Assembly: GCA_048213135.1 (NCBI GenBank)
Contig: PS015010.1
Coordinates: 1,736,001 to 1,800,000, forward strand
DNA from: Reclinomonas americana ATCC 50394
Lineage: Eukaryota
DNA length: 64,000 nt
Direction of reading: 5' to 3'
Shown here: one piece after another, positions 19,591 to 29,821 of the stretch
Numbering within the stretch: the stretch's first letter is position 1
Layout: the number at the start of each line of letters is the position of its first letter
The notes under the pieces: generated by a model
The model's input: only the letters and a program-made list of their open reading frames with translations
What the model was told of the DNA's origin: nothing
Database searches by the model: none
Program-made: the position numbers and the translations under genes

Positions 19591-20532
19591 CTACAACATC
19601 ACACCTGCAGTAACCGAAAATACTGTAGTAAATCTTTGCTGGGTCGTTTCAGGTAAATAGTAATCGAAATAGACGTTCGGGTTGAAATAGAATTTCTTAA
19701 GCTGATACTTCACATCTATCGATCCTGCAAGGGACTGCACACGGAAACCGGAATTGGAATTGAAGCGGTTCTTCAGGAAGTTCAGTACCCTTGGCCGGTT
19801 GCTGAACCTGTTCAATCCTTCAGCGGTGATGCGCTGCCTGCCTGCCACCAGCATAACAGAAGGTGTAATGCTGATGCCGTCATTTTTCTTCAGCAGGTCA
19901 AAGAAATAAAAATCATGTTTACCAGACACGGCCAGGCTGAAATCGGAGATGCGGAATTTAGCCGTACGCATGGTGCCGGCAATAACCGCGGTATCGGTAA
20001 ATCGGCCCGTGGTCAGTCCAATGGCGATGCCGGGCTCTATCCAGGTGCGGCGGTAACTCCCTTTGAGGTAAAAATCATTCTTAAAAGGATTGGAGGATAA
20101 TTCCGATGTATTTCCTGCAATATAACGGGTATACATAAACGAAGCTTCCCAGCTTTTTCCCTGGTAACGGTAAAACGGGCTTATGGCATACTGGTAGGCT
20201 TTGAACTGCCCGCTGTCGGTGGTAAGAAAAACATTACCAGAGATACCCAGCCCGCTTTTATGATAATAAGCAACGGCAGGTATGAGTACAAAACGGGGTT
20301 GTACCTGTGCGGCATTGGCATTATTATTATACAGGCTGAACAATTGGTTGGTGCCCGAAAGACTGATGTCAACAAAACTCTTGTCCTTATCCATGAACAG
20401 TTGCATAAACTGGTCGTTCCTGAACATCGAATCCAGGAGCGCTTTGTCTTCTTTGGAAAGACTGTCCGTTTGGGCGCCGGCTAAAAAAGGCAATACAATA
20501 AAACAAAACAGCAGCAGTAAGGTCCTGGGCAT
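19591..20532 (-). CDS. Hypothetical outer-membrane beta-barrel protein
   Basis: Signal peptide; amphipathic aromatic-rich strands (YYHKSGLG); C-terminal FSVTAGVML. Confidence 0.65.
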   Translation of the reverse strand: MPRTLLLLFCFIVLPFLAGAQTDSLSKEDKALLDSMFRNDQFMQLFMDKDKSFVDISLSGTNQLFSLYNNNANAAQVQPRFVLIPAVAYYHKSGLGISGNVFLTTDSGQFKAYQYAISPFYRYQGKSWEASFMYTRYIAGNTSELSSNPFKNDFYLKGSYRRTWIEPGIAIGLTTGRFTDTAVIAGTMRTAKFRISDFSLAVSGKHDFYFFDLLKKNDGISITPSVMLVAGRQRITAEGLNRFSNRPRVLNFLKNRFNSNSGFRVQSLAGSIDVKYQLKKFYFNPNVYFDYYLPETTQQRFTTVFSVTAGVML

Positions 20533-20666
20533 AAGGTGGTTGTATAAGTGAATTTAGATATAAAAAACCAGCCGGGGTTTAACTGCCGGTTAAAAAATAA
20601 CCGCTCCAAAACCGGGTCCGGGAATATTATCTTAAAGTCAACAGTGTTCAAGTGGTTGAAAATCCT

Positions 20667-20868
20667 TATCTTTGCGCCCATTATTAATAACTGAGAATTA
20701 CATGAACATGCTCAGTTGCTGTTGAACCTGCTCTTAAAGGCTTGAAAGCCATACCGGTTGGGCAATATACCGGGAGCCAAAAGGCGACAAAGATCCCCTT
20801 CTATACAACGGCCAAAGCATGACACGGGAACTCCCCGACCTACATGTGGCTATCACAAAACAATTGGA
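20667..20868 (+). promoter_or_regulatory. Promoter and ~190-nt structured 5' leader of deaD
   Basis: TATCTTTG at 20667-20674 followed by several nested complementary stems (see findings). Confidence 0.55.
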
Positions 20869-22572
20869 ATGAACGCATTTGAAGCCTTAGGCTTACACGA
20901 ACCATTGGTACATGCCGTAACCGATCTTGGTTTTGAGAAACCCAGCGAGATACAGGAAAAAGCGATCCCTGTACTGCTTTCCGGCACCACCGATTTTATT
21001 GGCCTGGCACAAACAGGCACGGGCAAGACCGCCGCTTTTGGTTTGCCCCTTTTACAACTCATCGATGCAGGACAGCGCCACCCGCAGGCACTGATCGTTT
21101 GTCCTACACGTGAACTCTGCCTGCAGATCACGAACGACATTGAAACATTCAAAAAATACAGCAAAGGCATTTATACGGAAGCCGTATATGGCGGTGCTTC
21201 CATTATGATGCAGATCCGCAACCTGAAAAAAGGTGTGCAGATCGTAGTGGCTACACCAGGCCGTCTTATCGACCTGATCGAAAGAAAAGCCATTGACCTG
21301 CAGAAAGTGAAATACGTGATCCTTGATGAAGCGGATGAAATGCTGAACATGGGTTTCCGTGATGATATCGATTTTGTACTGGGCAACACCATCAACCGCG
21401 AAAGCACCTGGTTGTTCAGCGCCACCATGCCACCGGAAGTAAGGGCCATCTCCAAAAATTATATGGACCAGCCCAAAGAAGTAACCGTTGGTAAAAAGAA
21501 CAGCAGCAACGCGAATATCGACCACCAGTATTTCGTGGTATCGGCACAGCACCGTTATGAAACACTGAAACGTGTTATCGACTTCAACCCGGGTATGTAT
21601 GGCATCATCTTCACGCGTACCAAGGCGGATGCGCAGGAGATCGCTGAAAGACTGGCCAAAGCCGGTTACGATATCGAGGCACTGCATGGTGATCTCACCC
21701 AGCAGCAACGTGATAAGGTAATGGGCCGTTTCCGCAGCCGCAACCTGCAACTGCTCATCGCTACGGATGTGGCCGCCAGGGGTATTGATGTGGATGGCAT
21801 CACCCACGTGATCAATTTTGAATTGCCTGATGATATTGAAGTATACACCCACCGCAGCGGCCGTACCGGAAGGGCGGGCAAAACAGGTATCTGCCTGTCC
21901 ATATGCCACAGCCGTGAAACGTATAAGATCCGTTCGCTTGAAAAAATGATCAATGCCCGTTTCCATAAACTGGACGTACCATCAGGCAAGGAAGTATGCC
22001 GCAAGCAATTCTTCAGCTTCATGGATAAACTCATGCAGGCCGATACCAGCCACGGCGATTATGAAACCTACCTGCCCGACCTGGTAAAGAAATTTGCCGA
22101 CGTCAGTAAAGAAGAAGTGCTGCAACGCGTAGCCGCGCTGGAGTTCAGTCACTTCCTGAAATACTATGAAAATGCGGAAGACCTGAACCGCAACGATCTC
22201 CGCGAACGCAAAAGCGACAACCGCGAAATGGGCGGCAACCGCAGGGAAAGCTTTACCCGCAGGGACAACGGCTATACACGCCTGTTTGTTAACCTGGGCA
22301 CCAAGGATGGTTTTTACAAAGCCAGTTTCCTTCAGTTCATTCTCGACGAGAGTAACCTGAAAAAAGAAGTACTGGGTAAGATCGATATGCGGGAAATGAA
22401 CAGCTGGGTTGAGATTGATAAAGCCGATGCCAACAGGATGATCCGTGCTATTGACGGCAAACGTTATAACAACCGCATCATTCGCATGAACGAAGCCGAC
22501 GGCGGTTTCAAAAGGCCGAGTGATGAAGGAAGAAAAAGATCGCACCATAAAGAAAAAAGAAGTTTCAGATAA
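20869..22572 (+). CDS. deaD: DEAD-box RNA helicase with DbpA-type C-terminal RNA-binding domain
   Basis: Q motif, AQTGTGKT, PTREL, DEAD, SAT, HRSGRTGR; RLFVNLG C-terminal domain; start at ATG 20869. Confidence 0.92.
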   Translation: MNAFEALGLHEPLVHAVTDLGFEKPSEIQEKAIPVLLSGTTDFIGLAQTGTGKTAAFGLPLLQLIDAGQRHPQALIVCPTRELCLQITNDIETFKKYSKGIYTEAVYGGASIMMQIRNLKKGVQIVVATPGRLIDLIERKAIDLQKVKYVILDEADEMLNMGFRDDIDFVLGNTINRESTWLFSATMPPEVRAISKNYMDQPKEVTVGKKNSSNANIDHQYFVVSAQHRYETLKRVIDFNPGMYGIIFTRTKADAQEIAERLAKAGYDIEALHGDLTQQQRDKVMGRFRSRNLQLLIATDVAARGIDVDGITHVINFELPDDIEVYTHRSGRTGRAGKTGICLSICHSRETYKIRSLEKMINARFHKLDVPSGKEVCRKQFFSFMDKLMQADTSHGDYETYLPDLVKKFADVSKEEVLQRVAALEFSHFLKYYENAEDLNRNDLRERKSDNREMGGNRRESFTRRDNGYTRLFVNLGTKDGFYKASFLQFILDESNLKKEVLGKIDMREMNSWVEIDKADANRMIRAIDGKRYNNRIIRMNEADGGFKRPSDEGRKRSHHKEKRSFR

Positions 22573-22577
22573 ACAAT

Positions 22578-22604
22578 AAAAGCCCGTTTTTTAACGGGCT
22601 TTTT
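22578..22604 (+). terminator. Terminator after deaD
   Basis: AAAAGCCCGTT-tttt-AACGGGCTTTTT. Confidence 0.85.
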
Positions 22605-23009
22605 CTTTGGCCGGCCGTTATAAACCCGTAGGAACACTTCGCATATACACGTACCCTTTGTCATTCCCGGGTAATTTTTAGCAAATCCGCTTCCGGCGGG
22701 CTTCTGCACAAAAAAAGTGCTATGAATTACTGATTTTTATTTTTATATTAGAGTAATCCGTACAGTCATCCTTTTTTCCCTCTCTGCCTGCATTGGCTGT
22801 ATCATTATTGTTCCGTTTTTAACCGTACCGATCCATGACACACTTTGTATGTCACAGGCATTCTCACGGGCAGAGATTAATTTTCCTCACTTGTCATTCT
22901 GCTCATCCGCCATAGCGGGAGGATATACCCTTGTCATATATCACGATACCTGCCAGGTGATTGTGATTACTCCGTATTGCTCAACATTATCTAATCTAAA
23001 ATTAACGCT

Positions 23010-25874
23010 ATGATACGCCGTATCTTATTCCTCCTCATTTTGTCGTTACTGGGGCACCTCGGCTTTGGCCAGGGGCAACGGAATGTCGCCAAAATGGTAG
23101 AAGGTAAAAAACTAACGGGTGCCAAATTTGTATCCTTCTCATCGCTGAAAGAAGATACACAACCCGGCGAACTCAGGGACCAGGTAACGCTCAATATCAA
23201 TAAATTCAGCATCCTCGATATTGACAACAAAACCATCACTGAAGTCCTTGATAAAAAACCGGAAGCACTCAACATGTCTGTTCCCTCATCCGTTACCGGC
23301 AACATGGAAATAGAACTCGTTAAAGTAAACCTCTACACCCCCGACTTCCTGGTTACTACCGACAAGAACCAGATCTTCAAAGCATCTGACAAAGAAGTGC
23401 ATTACAGGGGCGTAATTAAAGGCAACAGCAACTCCATTGTTGCCATCAGTATTTTTGACAAGCAAATCATGGGCCTCATCGCCACACAGGACGGCAATTT
23501 TGTGCTGGGTGAACTGGAAGGCAACAACCCTTCACACAAACACGTACTGTACAACGACAGGGAACTCAAATTCAAAACTCCTTTCAGTTGCTCCACGCCC
23601 GAAGACAAAGGCGTAGGCTACACCAAAGACCAGTTGTTCAAAGCGCCGCCTGAACCCGCATCGTTCGGGCCCGGTGCCGCCAGTTGCGTACGCATTTACG
23701 TGGAAACGGATTACAATGTTTTTGTGAACAGGGGCTCTGTGGCCAATGTGAACACTTTCATTTCCGGCCTCTTCAACCAGAGCGCCATGCTGTACCAGAA
23801 TGAAGGCATCTTCATTGTTTTGTCGCAGGTACTCGTACTCACCAGTGCGTCCTCTTATAATCCTGCCAGTTCCGCCACCTACCTCACTTCCTTTCAAACG
23901 CTAAGGAACAGTTTCAATGGCGATCTTGGTCACCTGGTAGGTTTCTACAGCAGCATGGGTGGCAGGGCCGCGGGTTTTGCAGGCCTATGCAACACCGACC
24001 GCGACTTTGACCAGTGCGTGAGCGGGCTCACCGTTCCGCCCTATCCTACTGTGCCTACTTACAGTTTTAATGTGGAAGTGTTCACCCACGAAATGGGGCA
24101 CCTTATGGGCTCGCGTCATACGCATGCCTGTGTATGGAATGGTAACAATACCGCCATTGATGGCTGTGCCGGCGGTGTGGAAGGCTCCTGTCCGCTGCCG
24201 GGCATACCTGCAGGTGGCGGTACCATCATGAGTTATTGCCACATCACTTCTGTTGGTATCAACTTCTTGCTGGGCTTTGGTCCGCAGCCTTCCAACGTGA
24301 TCAGGAACAGGGTATACAACCGCACCTGTCTCAATGCCTGTGCCTCCAACACACCTGCTGTTGACCTTTATATCAAAGACAAGTCAACAGACAATGGCAC
24401 CGAACCCAATCCCGATCCTACGGGTGAGTTCTGGGTATCGCAGGACATATGGGTGAGGAAACTCAATGATGGCGGCACCGTACATGAGAACCCACGCGGT
24501 GGTTTCACCAATTACATATACGTAAGGGTACGCAACAGGGGCAGTCAGCCCAGTTTCAGCATGTCCAATGTAAGACTGCGCACCTACTGGGCCAAAGCAT
24601 CCGGCGCATTGGGATGGCCCAATCCGTTCAATGGGGGCGTTACCGGCTGTACACCTCCTGCATCCATGGGTAACGTAGTGGGCACCGTGCAAATACCCGC
24701 TATACCCGCCGGTGGTTCCGTTGTGCTGGTATTCCCCTGGAGTGCGCCAACGCCGGCCAGTTACAGTTGCTTTGGTTCCGACAGGTTCCACTTCTGCCTG
24801 CTCGCCCGTATTGAGACCACGACTTACAGTCCGTATGGCATGAGTTATCCCGAAGGCAATAACCTGTGGCTGAATGTGAAGAACAACAATAACATCGGCT
24901 GGAAAAATGTTTCCGTGTCTAACCCGAATGGTACTTTCACCAGGCCCGGAGGGGTTATCGCCAATGCGGAAGAGGATGAAGAAAATGGAAAGGCTATGTT
25001 CACGCTGGCTGGCGAAAAACAAACTGGTATCAAAACGGATGACGCTACACTTCGTTTCACTTTTGAAAAAGGAAGGGAAGTTGCCGCACCCGTTACACTG
25101 GAGCCTGAACAGCCTGTTCCGCAGGAACCAGAACCGCAAACACCAACCAACCCGGCTCCTGTACCTACCACACCTACAACCACCAACACGACCGGAACAC
25201 CCGATGAGGTAACGGTATATAAAGATGTGGACCCTACACCTTACAAGGCCATTAATGTTGCAGACAATATCTGGGATTATGCGACCGTAGATGTTGACCT
25301 GGGTATATTCTTTAAAACCTGGGGAGGCAAAGGAGAAAGTATCAAAATTCTCGAAGAAACAGCACCTTCGGGCAGTCCCTGGGTACGGCTCCTGAAAGCT
25401 GAAGCAGCATTGACCGGCATCAATGTTGCACCCGGTGACGTGGGTACCGTGACCGTACGCATTACGCAATTCAAAGTGGCTAAAGAAGGAGATAACCAAT
25501 ACGATTTTGATGTTACACTATCTGACAAAGACGGTGAACGTATTGGCGGTGAAACTTTCTTTGCCAACTTAGGCACACGCGAAGCATTCAGCAAGTCAGC
25601 GCCGGCTCCCAGGTCAGCCGAAGCAAAAGGAGCAACGATCAATGAAAATCTGATCCGCGTAACTACCGTACAGGGTAAAGTAAATGTTTACATGAACCAG
25701 GGCGGCACTTATGAAGCTTCGCTGTATGACTTGTCTGGTAAACTTCTGCAGACAAAAATATTCTCCGGCAATACCGTTGTGGGCAATGACCGCTGGCCAA
25801 AAGGCGTGTACATTTTGTCCCTGGTGAATATGAAAACGAAAGAAGTTTCTAAAAGAAGAGTGCTGATTGAGTGA
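23010..25874 (+). CDS. T9SS-secreted reprolysin-like (M12B-type) zinc metalloprotease
   Basis: Signal peptide, prodomain, HEMGHLMGSRH, Met-turn GTIMSY, Ig-like domain, Pro/Thr linker, CTD (LYDLSGK...GVYIL...KRRVLIE). Confidence 0.85.
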   Translation: MIRRILFLLILSLLGHLGFGQGQRNVAKMVEGKKLTGAKFVSFSSLKEDTQPGELRDQVTLNINKFSILDIDNKTITEVLDKKPEALNMSVPSSVTGNMEIELVKVNLYTPDFLVTTDKNQIFKASDKEVHYRGVIKGNSNSIVAISIFDKQIMGLIATQDGNFVLGELEGNNPSHKHVLYNDRELKFKTPFSCSTPEDKGVGYTKDQLFKAPPEPASFGPGAASCVRIYVETDYNVFVNRGSVANVNTFISGLFNQSAMLYQNEGIFIVLSQVLVLTSASSYNPASSATYLTSFQTLRNSFNGDLGHLVGFYSSMGGRAAGFAGLCNTDRDFDQCVSGLTVPPYPTVPTYSFNVEVFTHEMGHLMGSRHTHACVWNGNNTAIDGCAGGVEGSCPLPGIPAGGGTIMSYCHITSVGINFLLGFGPQPSNVIRNRVYNRTCLNACASNTPAVDLYIKDKSTDNGTEPNPDPTGEFWVSQDIWVRKLNDGGTVHENPRGGFTNYIYVRVRNRGSQPSFSMSNVRLRTYWAKASGALGWPNPFNGGVTGCTPPASMGNVVGTVQIPAIPAGGSVVLVFPWSAPTPASYSCFGSDRFHFCLLARIETTTYSPYGMSYPEGNNLWLNVKNNNNIGWKNVSVSNPNGTFTRPGGVIANAEEDEENGKAMFTLAGEKQTGIKTDDATLRFTFEKGREVAAPVTLEPEQPVPQEPEPQTPTNPAPVPTTPTTTNTTGTPDEVTVYKDVDPTPYKAINVADNIWDYATVDVDLGIFFKTWGGKGESIKILEETAPSGSPWVRLLKAEAALTGINVAPGDVGTVTVRITQFKVAKEGDNQYDFDVTLSDKDGERIGGETFFANLGTREAFSKSAPAPRSAEAKGATINENLIRVTTVQGKVNVYMNQGGTYEASLYDLSGKLLQTKIFSGNTVVGNDRWPKGVYILSLVNMKTKEVSKRRVLIE

Positions 25875-25877
25875 TTC

Positions 25878-26042
25878 AATTACGAATTACTAATTACGAA
25901 TTAGGAATTGGGAATAATAAAGCCGCTTTGTTTGTTTAAACAGAGCGGCTTTTATTTATTTAATATGCCAATTCAGCAAACTGGCTGATCATTTTAGCTT
26001 ACAGCTTGCTGCAATAACATTCGTAATTAGTAATTCGTAATT
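25878..26042. repeat. Heptamer-array inverted repeat (24-bp perfect arms) enclosing a terminator
   Basis: AATTACGAATTACTAATTACGAAT (25878-25901) and its exact reverse complement at 26019-26042. Confidence 0.92.
25919..25957. terminator. Intrinsic terminator between convergent genes
   Basis: AAAGCCGCTTTGTTT-gttt-AAACAGAGCGGCTTTT. Confidence 0.8.
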
Positions 26043-26047
26043 ATAAA

Positions 26048-27298
26048 TTAACTAAACTCTATAACAGTAATCTCCGGCAATATCCCCACCCTGCCCGGGT
26101 AGCCTATAAAACCGAAGCCGGGGTTCACATACAGTTTCTGTTTACCATCCTCATACAATCCTGCCCATTGCCTGTACATGTACTGCACCGGGCTCCATTT
26201 AAAACCGGGCAGTTCCACGCCAAACTGCATACCGTGGGTATGGCCACTGAGCATGAGGTCAACATCGGGGTAGTGCGGCTTCACCTGTGCGTCCCAATGA
26301 CTGGGATCGTGGCTCAGTAATATTTTGAACGGATACTGTTCAGCCCCGGGGTAAGCCAGTTCCATCTTTCCATGTTTGGGAAAACGGGCTTTGGCGCTCC
26401 AGTTCTCAATACCCATCAACGCGATCTTTTCACCGCCTCTTTCCAGCGCCACATGCTCATTCATTAATAACCGCCAGCCCAGCTGCGCATGTACTTTTTT
26501 CAGGTTCTCCAGGTTCTGCTCTTTCGAAACACCATTATAGGGCCAGGGCACGTAGTCGCCATAATCGTGGTTGCCCAGGCTGCTGTATACGCCCATAGGC
26601 GCTTTCAGCTGGTTGAACACATCCATGTAATCGGCCATCTCCGTAGCCCGGTCATTCACCAGGTCACCGGTGAACAGGATAAGATCGGGCTTCTCCTGCA
26701 ATATTCTTTCCACGCCGTGCTGTACCGCTTTTTTATTGGTAAAACTGCCGCTGTGGATATCACTGATGTGTACGATCTTCATGCCTTTGAAACCCGCAGG
26801 CAGGTTATCAAAAGCCAGTTTCACTTTTTTGACGTGGTAATTGTATTTGTTGCTGAAGCCATAGATGAGACTGCCAAATAAAGTAGTGCCTGCCGCCAGT
26901 CCGAGCCAGCTCAGGAAAGCCGACCGGCTGATGCCTTCTTCCACCAGTTCCTCTCCTTCGGTATTCCTGAAAAATAATTTGCCTGCCACCCATTGTATGC
27001 CCCTCCGCACATCATCGATCAGCAGGAAAAGCAATACGATGAGTTTGGCAAAGAACAGGCCGATGATCGTAGCAAAAAGATAGGTACGCAGTTTCTTTCC
27101 CAGGAATTCAGGTTCGGTAAATACGAACAGCAGGAAACTGGCCATAGCCAGCACCGTTAGTCCCCAGTAAATAAAATAAATGATGGTGCGGGTTTTGGGC
27201 GAAGCGGAATGGCTTACCGTTTTTACCGCCTGGAAAACATACAGGTCGAGCAGGAACATAATGACCAGGAAGATGGAAGCCCCGATGGGTGTACGCAT
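26048..27298 (-). CDS. Membrane-anchored metallophosphoesterase (YkuE-like)
   Basis: N-terminal TMs; SDIH, GDLVN, GNHD, SHDP, GHTHG motifs. Confidence 0.9.
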   Translation of the reverse strand: MRTPIGASIFLVIMFLLDLYVFQAVKTVSHSASPKTRTIIYFIYWGLTVLAMASFLLFVFTEPEFLGKKLRTYLFATIIGLFFAKLIVLLFLLIDDVRRGIQWVAGKLFFRNTEGEELVEEGISRSAFLSWLGLAAGTTLFGSLIYGFSNKYNYHVKKVKLAFDNLPAGFKGMKIVHISDIHSGSFTNKKAVQHGVERILQEKPDLILFTGDLVNDRATEMADYMDVFNQLKAPMGVYSSLGNHDYGDYVPWPYNGVSKEQNLENLKKVHAQLGWRLLMNEHVALERGGEKIALMGIENWSAKARFPKHGKMELAYPGAEQYPFKILLSHDPSHWDAQVKPHYPDVDLMLSGHTHGMQFGVELPGFKWSPVQYMYRQWAGLYEDGKQKLYVNPGFGFIGYPGRVGILPEITVIEFS

Positions 27299-27319
27299 GC
27301 AATGATTTTTTGGTATACT

Positions 27320-27829
27320 TTAAAAAGCCAGGAACTCCCTGACCTGTGTCCGGATACTGTGGAGCGTACCTTCATCAGTAATGAAGCCGTCGGCATCCAG
27401 CAGCCGGTCCACGGAACTTATGGGCAGACGATTGGGATGGACCAACATTTTAATATGCATCAAAGAACCTGTAAGATGTTCCATGCCACGCAGGTTGCCC
27501 GCCCTGCCGGTAGCCACCCCCACCAGCAGCGCCTTTTTATGCCACCAGGCCAGTTTGGGGTCGGTGCAGTCCATCATGAATTTGAGGATACCCGGGAAAG
27601 AACCATTGTATTCAGGCAGGATCATGATGAATTTTCGGGTAGGATGGAGTATATCGTCCTGGATCAGCCGGAAAGCCGGGCCCCGGGCCGCCATATCGGT
27701 GATATCCACCTCGTCCAGCGCCAGTAAACCCGCCTCCACCTCCATATGGGCCAGTACCCGTTGGTACTCCAGTGCGATCAGTTTCGTATTGCTCCCCTTC
27801 CGGTTGGTGCCCGATATAATGGTGATCAT
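27320..27829 (-). CDS. NADPH-dependent FMN reductase
   Basis: ISGTNRKGSNT, PEYNGSFPGILK, G-x-AGNLRG. Confidence 0.88.
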   Translation of the reverse strand: MITIISGTNRKGSNTKLIALEYQRVLAHMEVEAGLLALDEVDITDMAARGPAFRLIQDDILHPTRKFIMILPEYNGSFPGILKFMMDCTDPKLAWWHKKALLVGVATGRAGNLRGMEHLTGSLMHIKMLVHPNRLPISSVDRLLDADGFITDEGTLHSIRTQVREFLAF

Positions 27830-28073
27830 AAGTTGTTATCTGTATGCCGGGTGGCAGTCATAAAATTAAGGTGATTCTTTCTTACCCAGTTATACGCCGA
27901 ATGGTTAAATTTGCCATTCCCGGTTAAAAAGCAGGTAAACCGCAAAATTGCGGCATAAAAGGCAATTTATGGTTACCAAAACGGGAATTGAAGCATATTA
28001 TAATAACTTTGACCGGTGCCGGGGTTTAAAAACCTCTCCCGGATCATCCTCAGTTCAGATCAGACAATAATAT

Positions 28074-28874
28074 ATGGCAAAGATCATAGGCGTAGCCAAT
28101 CAGAAAGGCGGTGTGGGCAAAACCACTACGGCCATCAACCTGGCAGCAAGTTTCGCGGTGCTGGAGTACCGTACCCTGCTGGTAGATGCCGACCCGCAGG
28201 CCAACAGTACCACCGGTACCGGCTTCGACCTGCACAACATCACCCGCAGCCTGTACGACTGTATGGTGAATGAGGCCCAGGCAAAGGATGTCATCCTTAA
28301 ATCCGACATCCCCCACCTCGATCTCATGCCTTCCCATATTGACCTGGTGGGTGCCGAGATCGAAATGATCAACTCGCCCAACCGCGAAAGCGTACTGAAA
28401 AACATACTCGACCCCGTACGTGACGAGTACGATTTCATTGTTATCGACTGCTCCCCTTCACTCGGCCTCATCACCGTGAATGCCCTGGTGGCTTCCGACA
28501 GCGTGGTGGTACCCGTTCAAACCGAATTTTTCGCCCTGGAAGGATTGGGCAAACTCCTCAATACCGTTAAGATCGTTCAGAACCGCCTCAACCCCGAGCT
28601 CCGTATAGAAGGCATTTTAATGACCATGTACGACGGCCGTTTGAGGCTGTGTAACCAGGTAGTGAGCGAAGTAAGGCGTCATTTCGACGACCTCGTATTC
28701 AGCAGCATCATCCACCGCAATACCCGCCTGAGTGAAGCACCCAGTTTCGGCAAGCCCGTGATATTGTACGATGCCGACAGTAAAGGCTCTGTTAACTACC
28801 TCAACCTGGCTAAAGAAATATTGCAGAAGAACAACATGACAAAGATCAGGAGCGAAGACAAAGTGATAGAATAA
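28074..28874 (+). CDS. parA: Chromosome partitioning ATPase ParA/Soj
   Basis: [35 protein letters not shown]. Confidence 0.96.
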   Translation: MAKIIGVANQKGGVGKTTTAINLAASFAVLEYRTLLVDADPQANSTTGTGFDLHNITRSLYDCMVNEAQAKDVILKSDIPHLDLMPSHIDLVGAEIEMINSPNRESVLKNILDPVRDEYDFIVIDCSPSLGLITVNALVASDSVVVPVQTEFFALEGLGKLLNTVKIVQNRLNPELRIEGILMTMYDGRLRLCNQVVSEVRRHFDDLVFSSIIHRNTRLSEAPSFGKPVILYDADSKGSVNYLNLAKEILQKNNMTKIRSEDKVIE

Positions 28875-28901
28875 TGTTGTAAACGACCTCAAAAAAGAAC
28901 A

Positions 28902-29816
28902 ATGACCCAGCCCAATAAAAAAGACGCATTAGGAAAAGGCATACGCAGCCTTTTGCAGAATATCGATTCAGACCTGAAGACCACTACAGGCAATCTCAAA
29001 ACTGAAGTGGTGGAACAATCTACCGGCATCATACGCGTGCCGCTCGACCAGGTGGAAGTGAATCCCAAACAGCCACGCCGCGATTTTGACGAAGCGGCAC
29101 TGAGTGAACTGGCCACATCCATCAAACTGCACGACATCATTCAGCCGCTTACCGTTTCCAAAATAGCCGGTGGCAAATACCGCCTCATTGCCGGTGAACG
29201 CCGCTTCCGTGCTTCCAAGATCGCCGGGTTGAAAGATGTGCCGGTCTACATCCGCCAGGCCAATGACCAGCAGCTCCTCGAACTGGCTTTGCTGGAAAAC
29301 CTGCAAAGGGAGAACCTCAACGCCATCGAGATCGCCCTCAGTTATAAAAGGCTGATGGAAGAACTGGAATACACCCAGGAACAGGTGGCAGAACGTATGG
29401 GTAAAGAAAGAAGTACGGTAACCAATTATATCCGCCTGCTCAAACTGCCACCCGACCTGCAGGTGGCCATCCGCAACGGCAGCATCAGCATGGGACATGC
29501 CCGTGCGCTGGTGAATGTAGATGCAGTGGATAAACAATTGTTCATCTATAACGAGATCAAAAGCAAGGACCTTTCCGTAAGGCAGACAGAGGACCTGGTG
29601 AGGAAGATGTACACCCGTGGCGACAATGTTAAAGTTGCGGTAAAAGCCGAACTGCCGCCGGCATTTAAAAGGATAGAGGATAATTTAGCCTCAAGCTATG
29701 GCACCAGGGTTAAAATGGCGCACAGCAAAAACGGCAAAGGCTCCATCCTGTTTGAATATTATTCCCTGGAAGAACTCAACGCCCTGCTGGATAAACTCAA
29801 TATCAAAGTAAGTTAG
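28902..29816 (+). CDS. parB: Chromosome partitioning protein ParB/Spo0J
   Basis: ALGKGI, QPRRDF, IAGERRFRA, ENLQRENL, HTH. Confidence 0.96.
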   Translation: MTQPNKKDALGKGIRSLLQNIDSDLKTTTGNLKTEVVEQSTGIIRVPLDQVEVNPKQPRRDFDEAALSELATSIKLHDIIQPLTVSKIAGGKYRLIAGERRFRASKIAGLKDVPVYIRQANDQQLLELALLENLQRENLNAIEIALSYKRLMEELEYTQEQVAERMGKERSTVTNYIRLLKLPPDLQVAIRNGSISMGHARALVNVDAVDKQLFIYNEIKSKDLSVRQTEDLVRKMYTRGDNVKVAVKAELPPAFKRIEDNLASSYGTRVKMAHSKNGKGSILFEYYSLEELNALLDKLNIKVS

Positions 29817-29821
29817 TCTGC

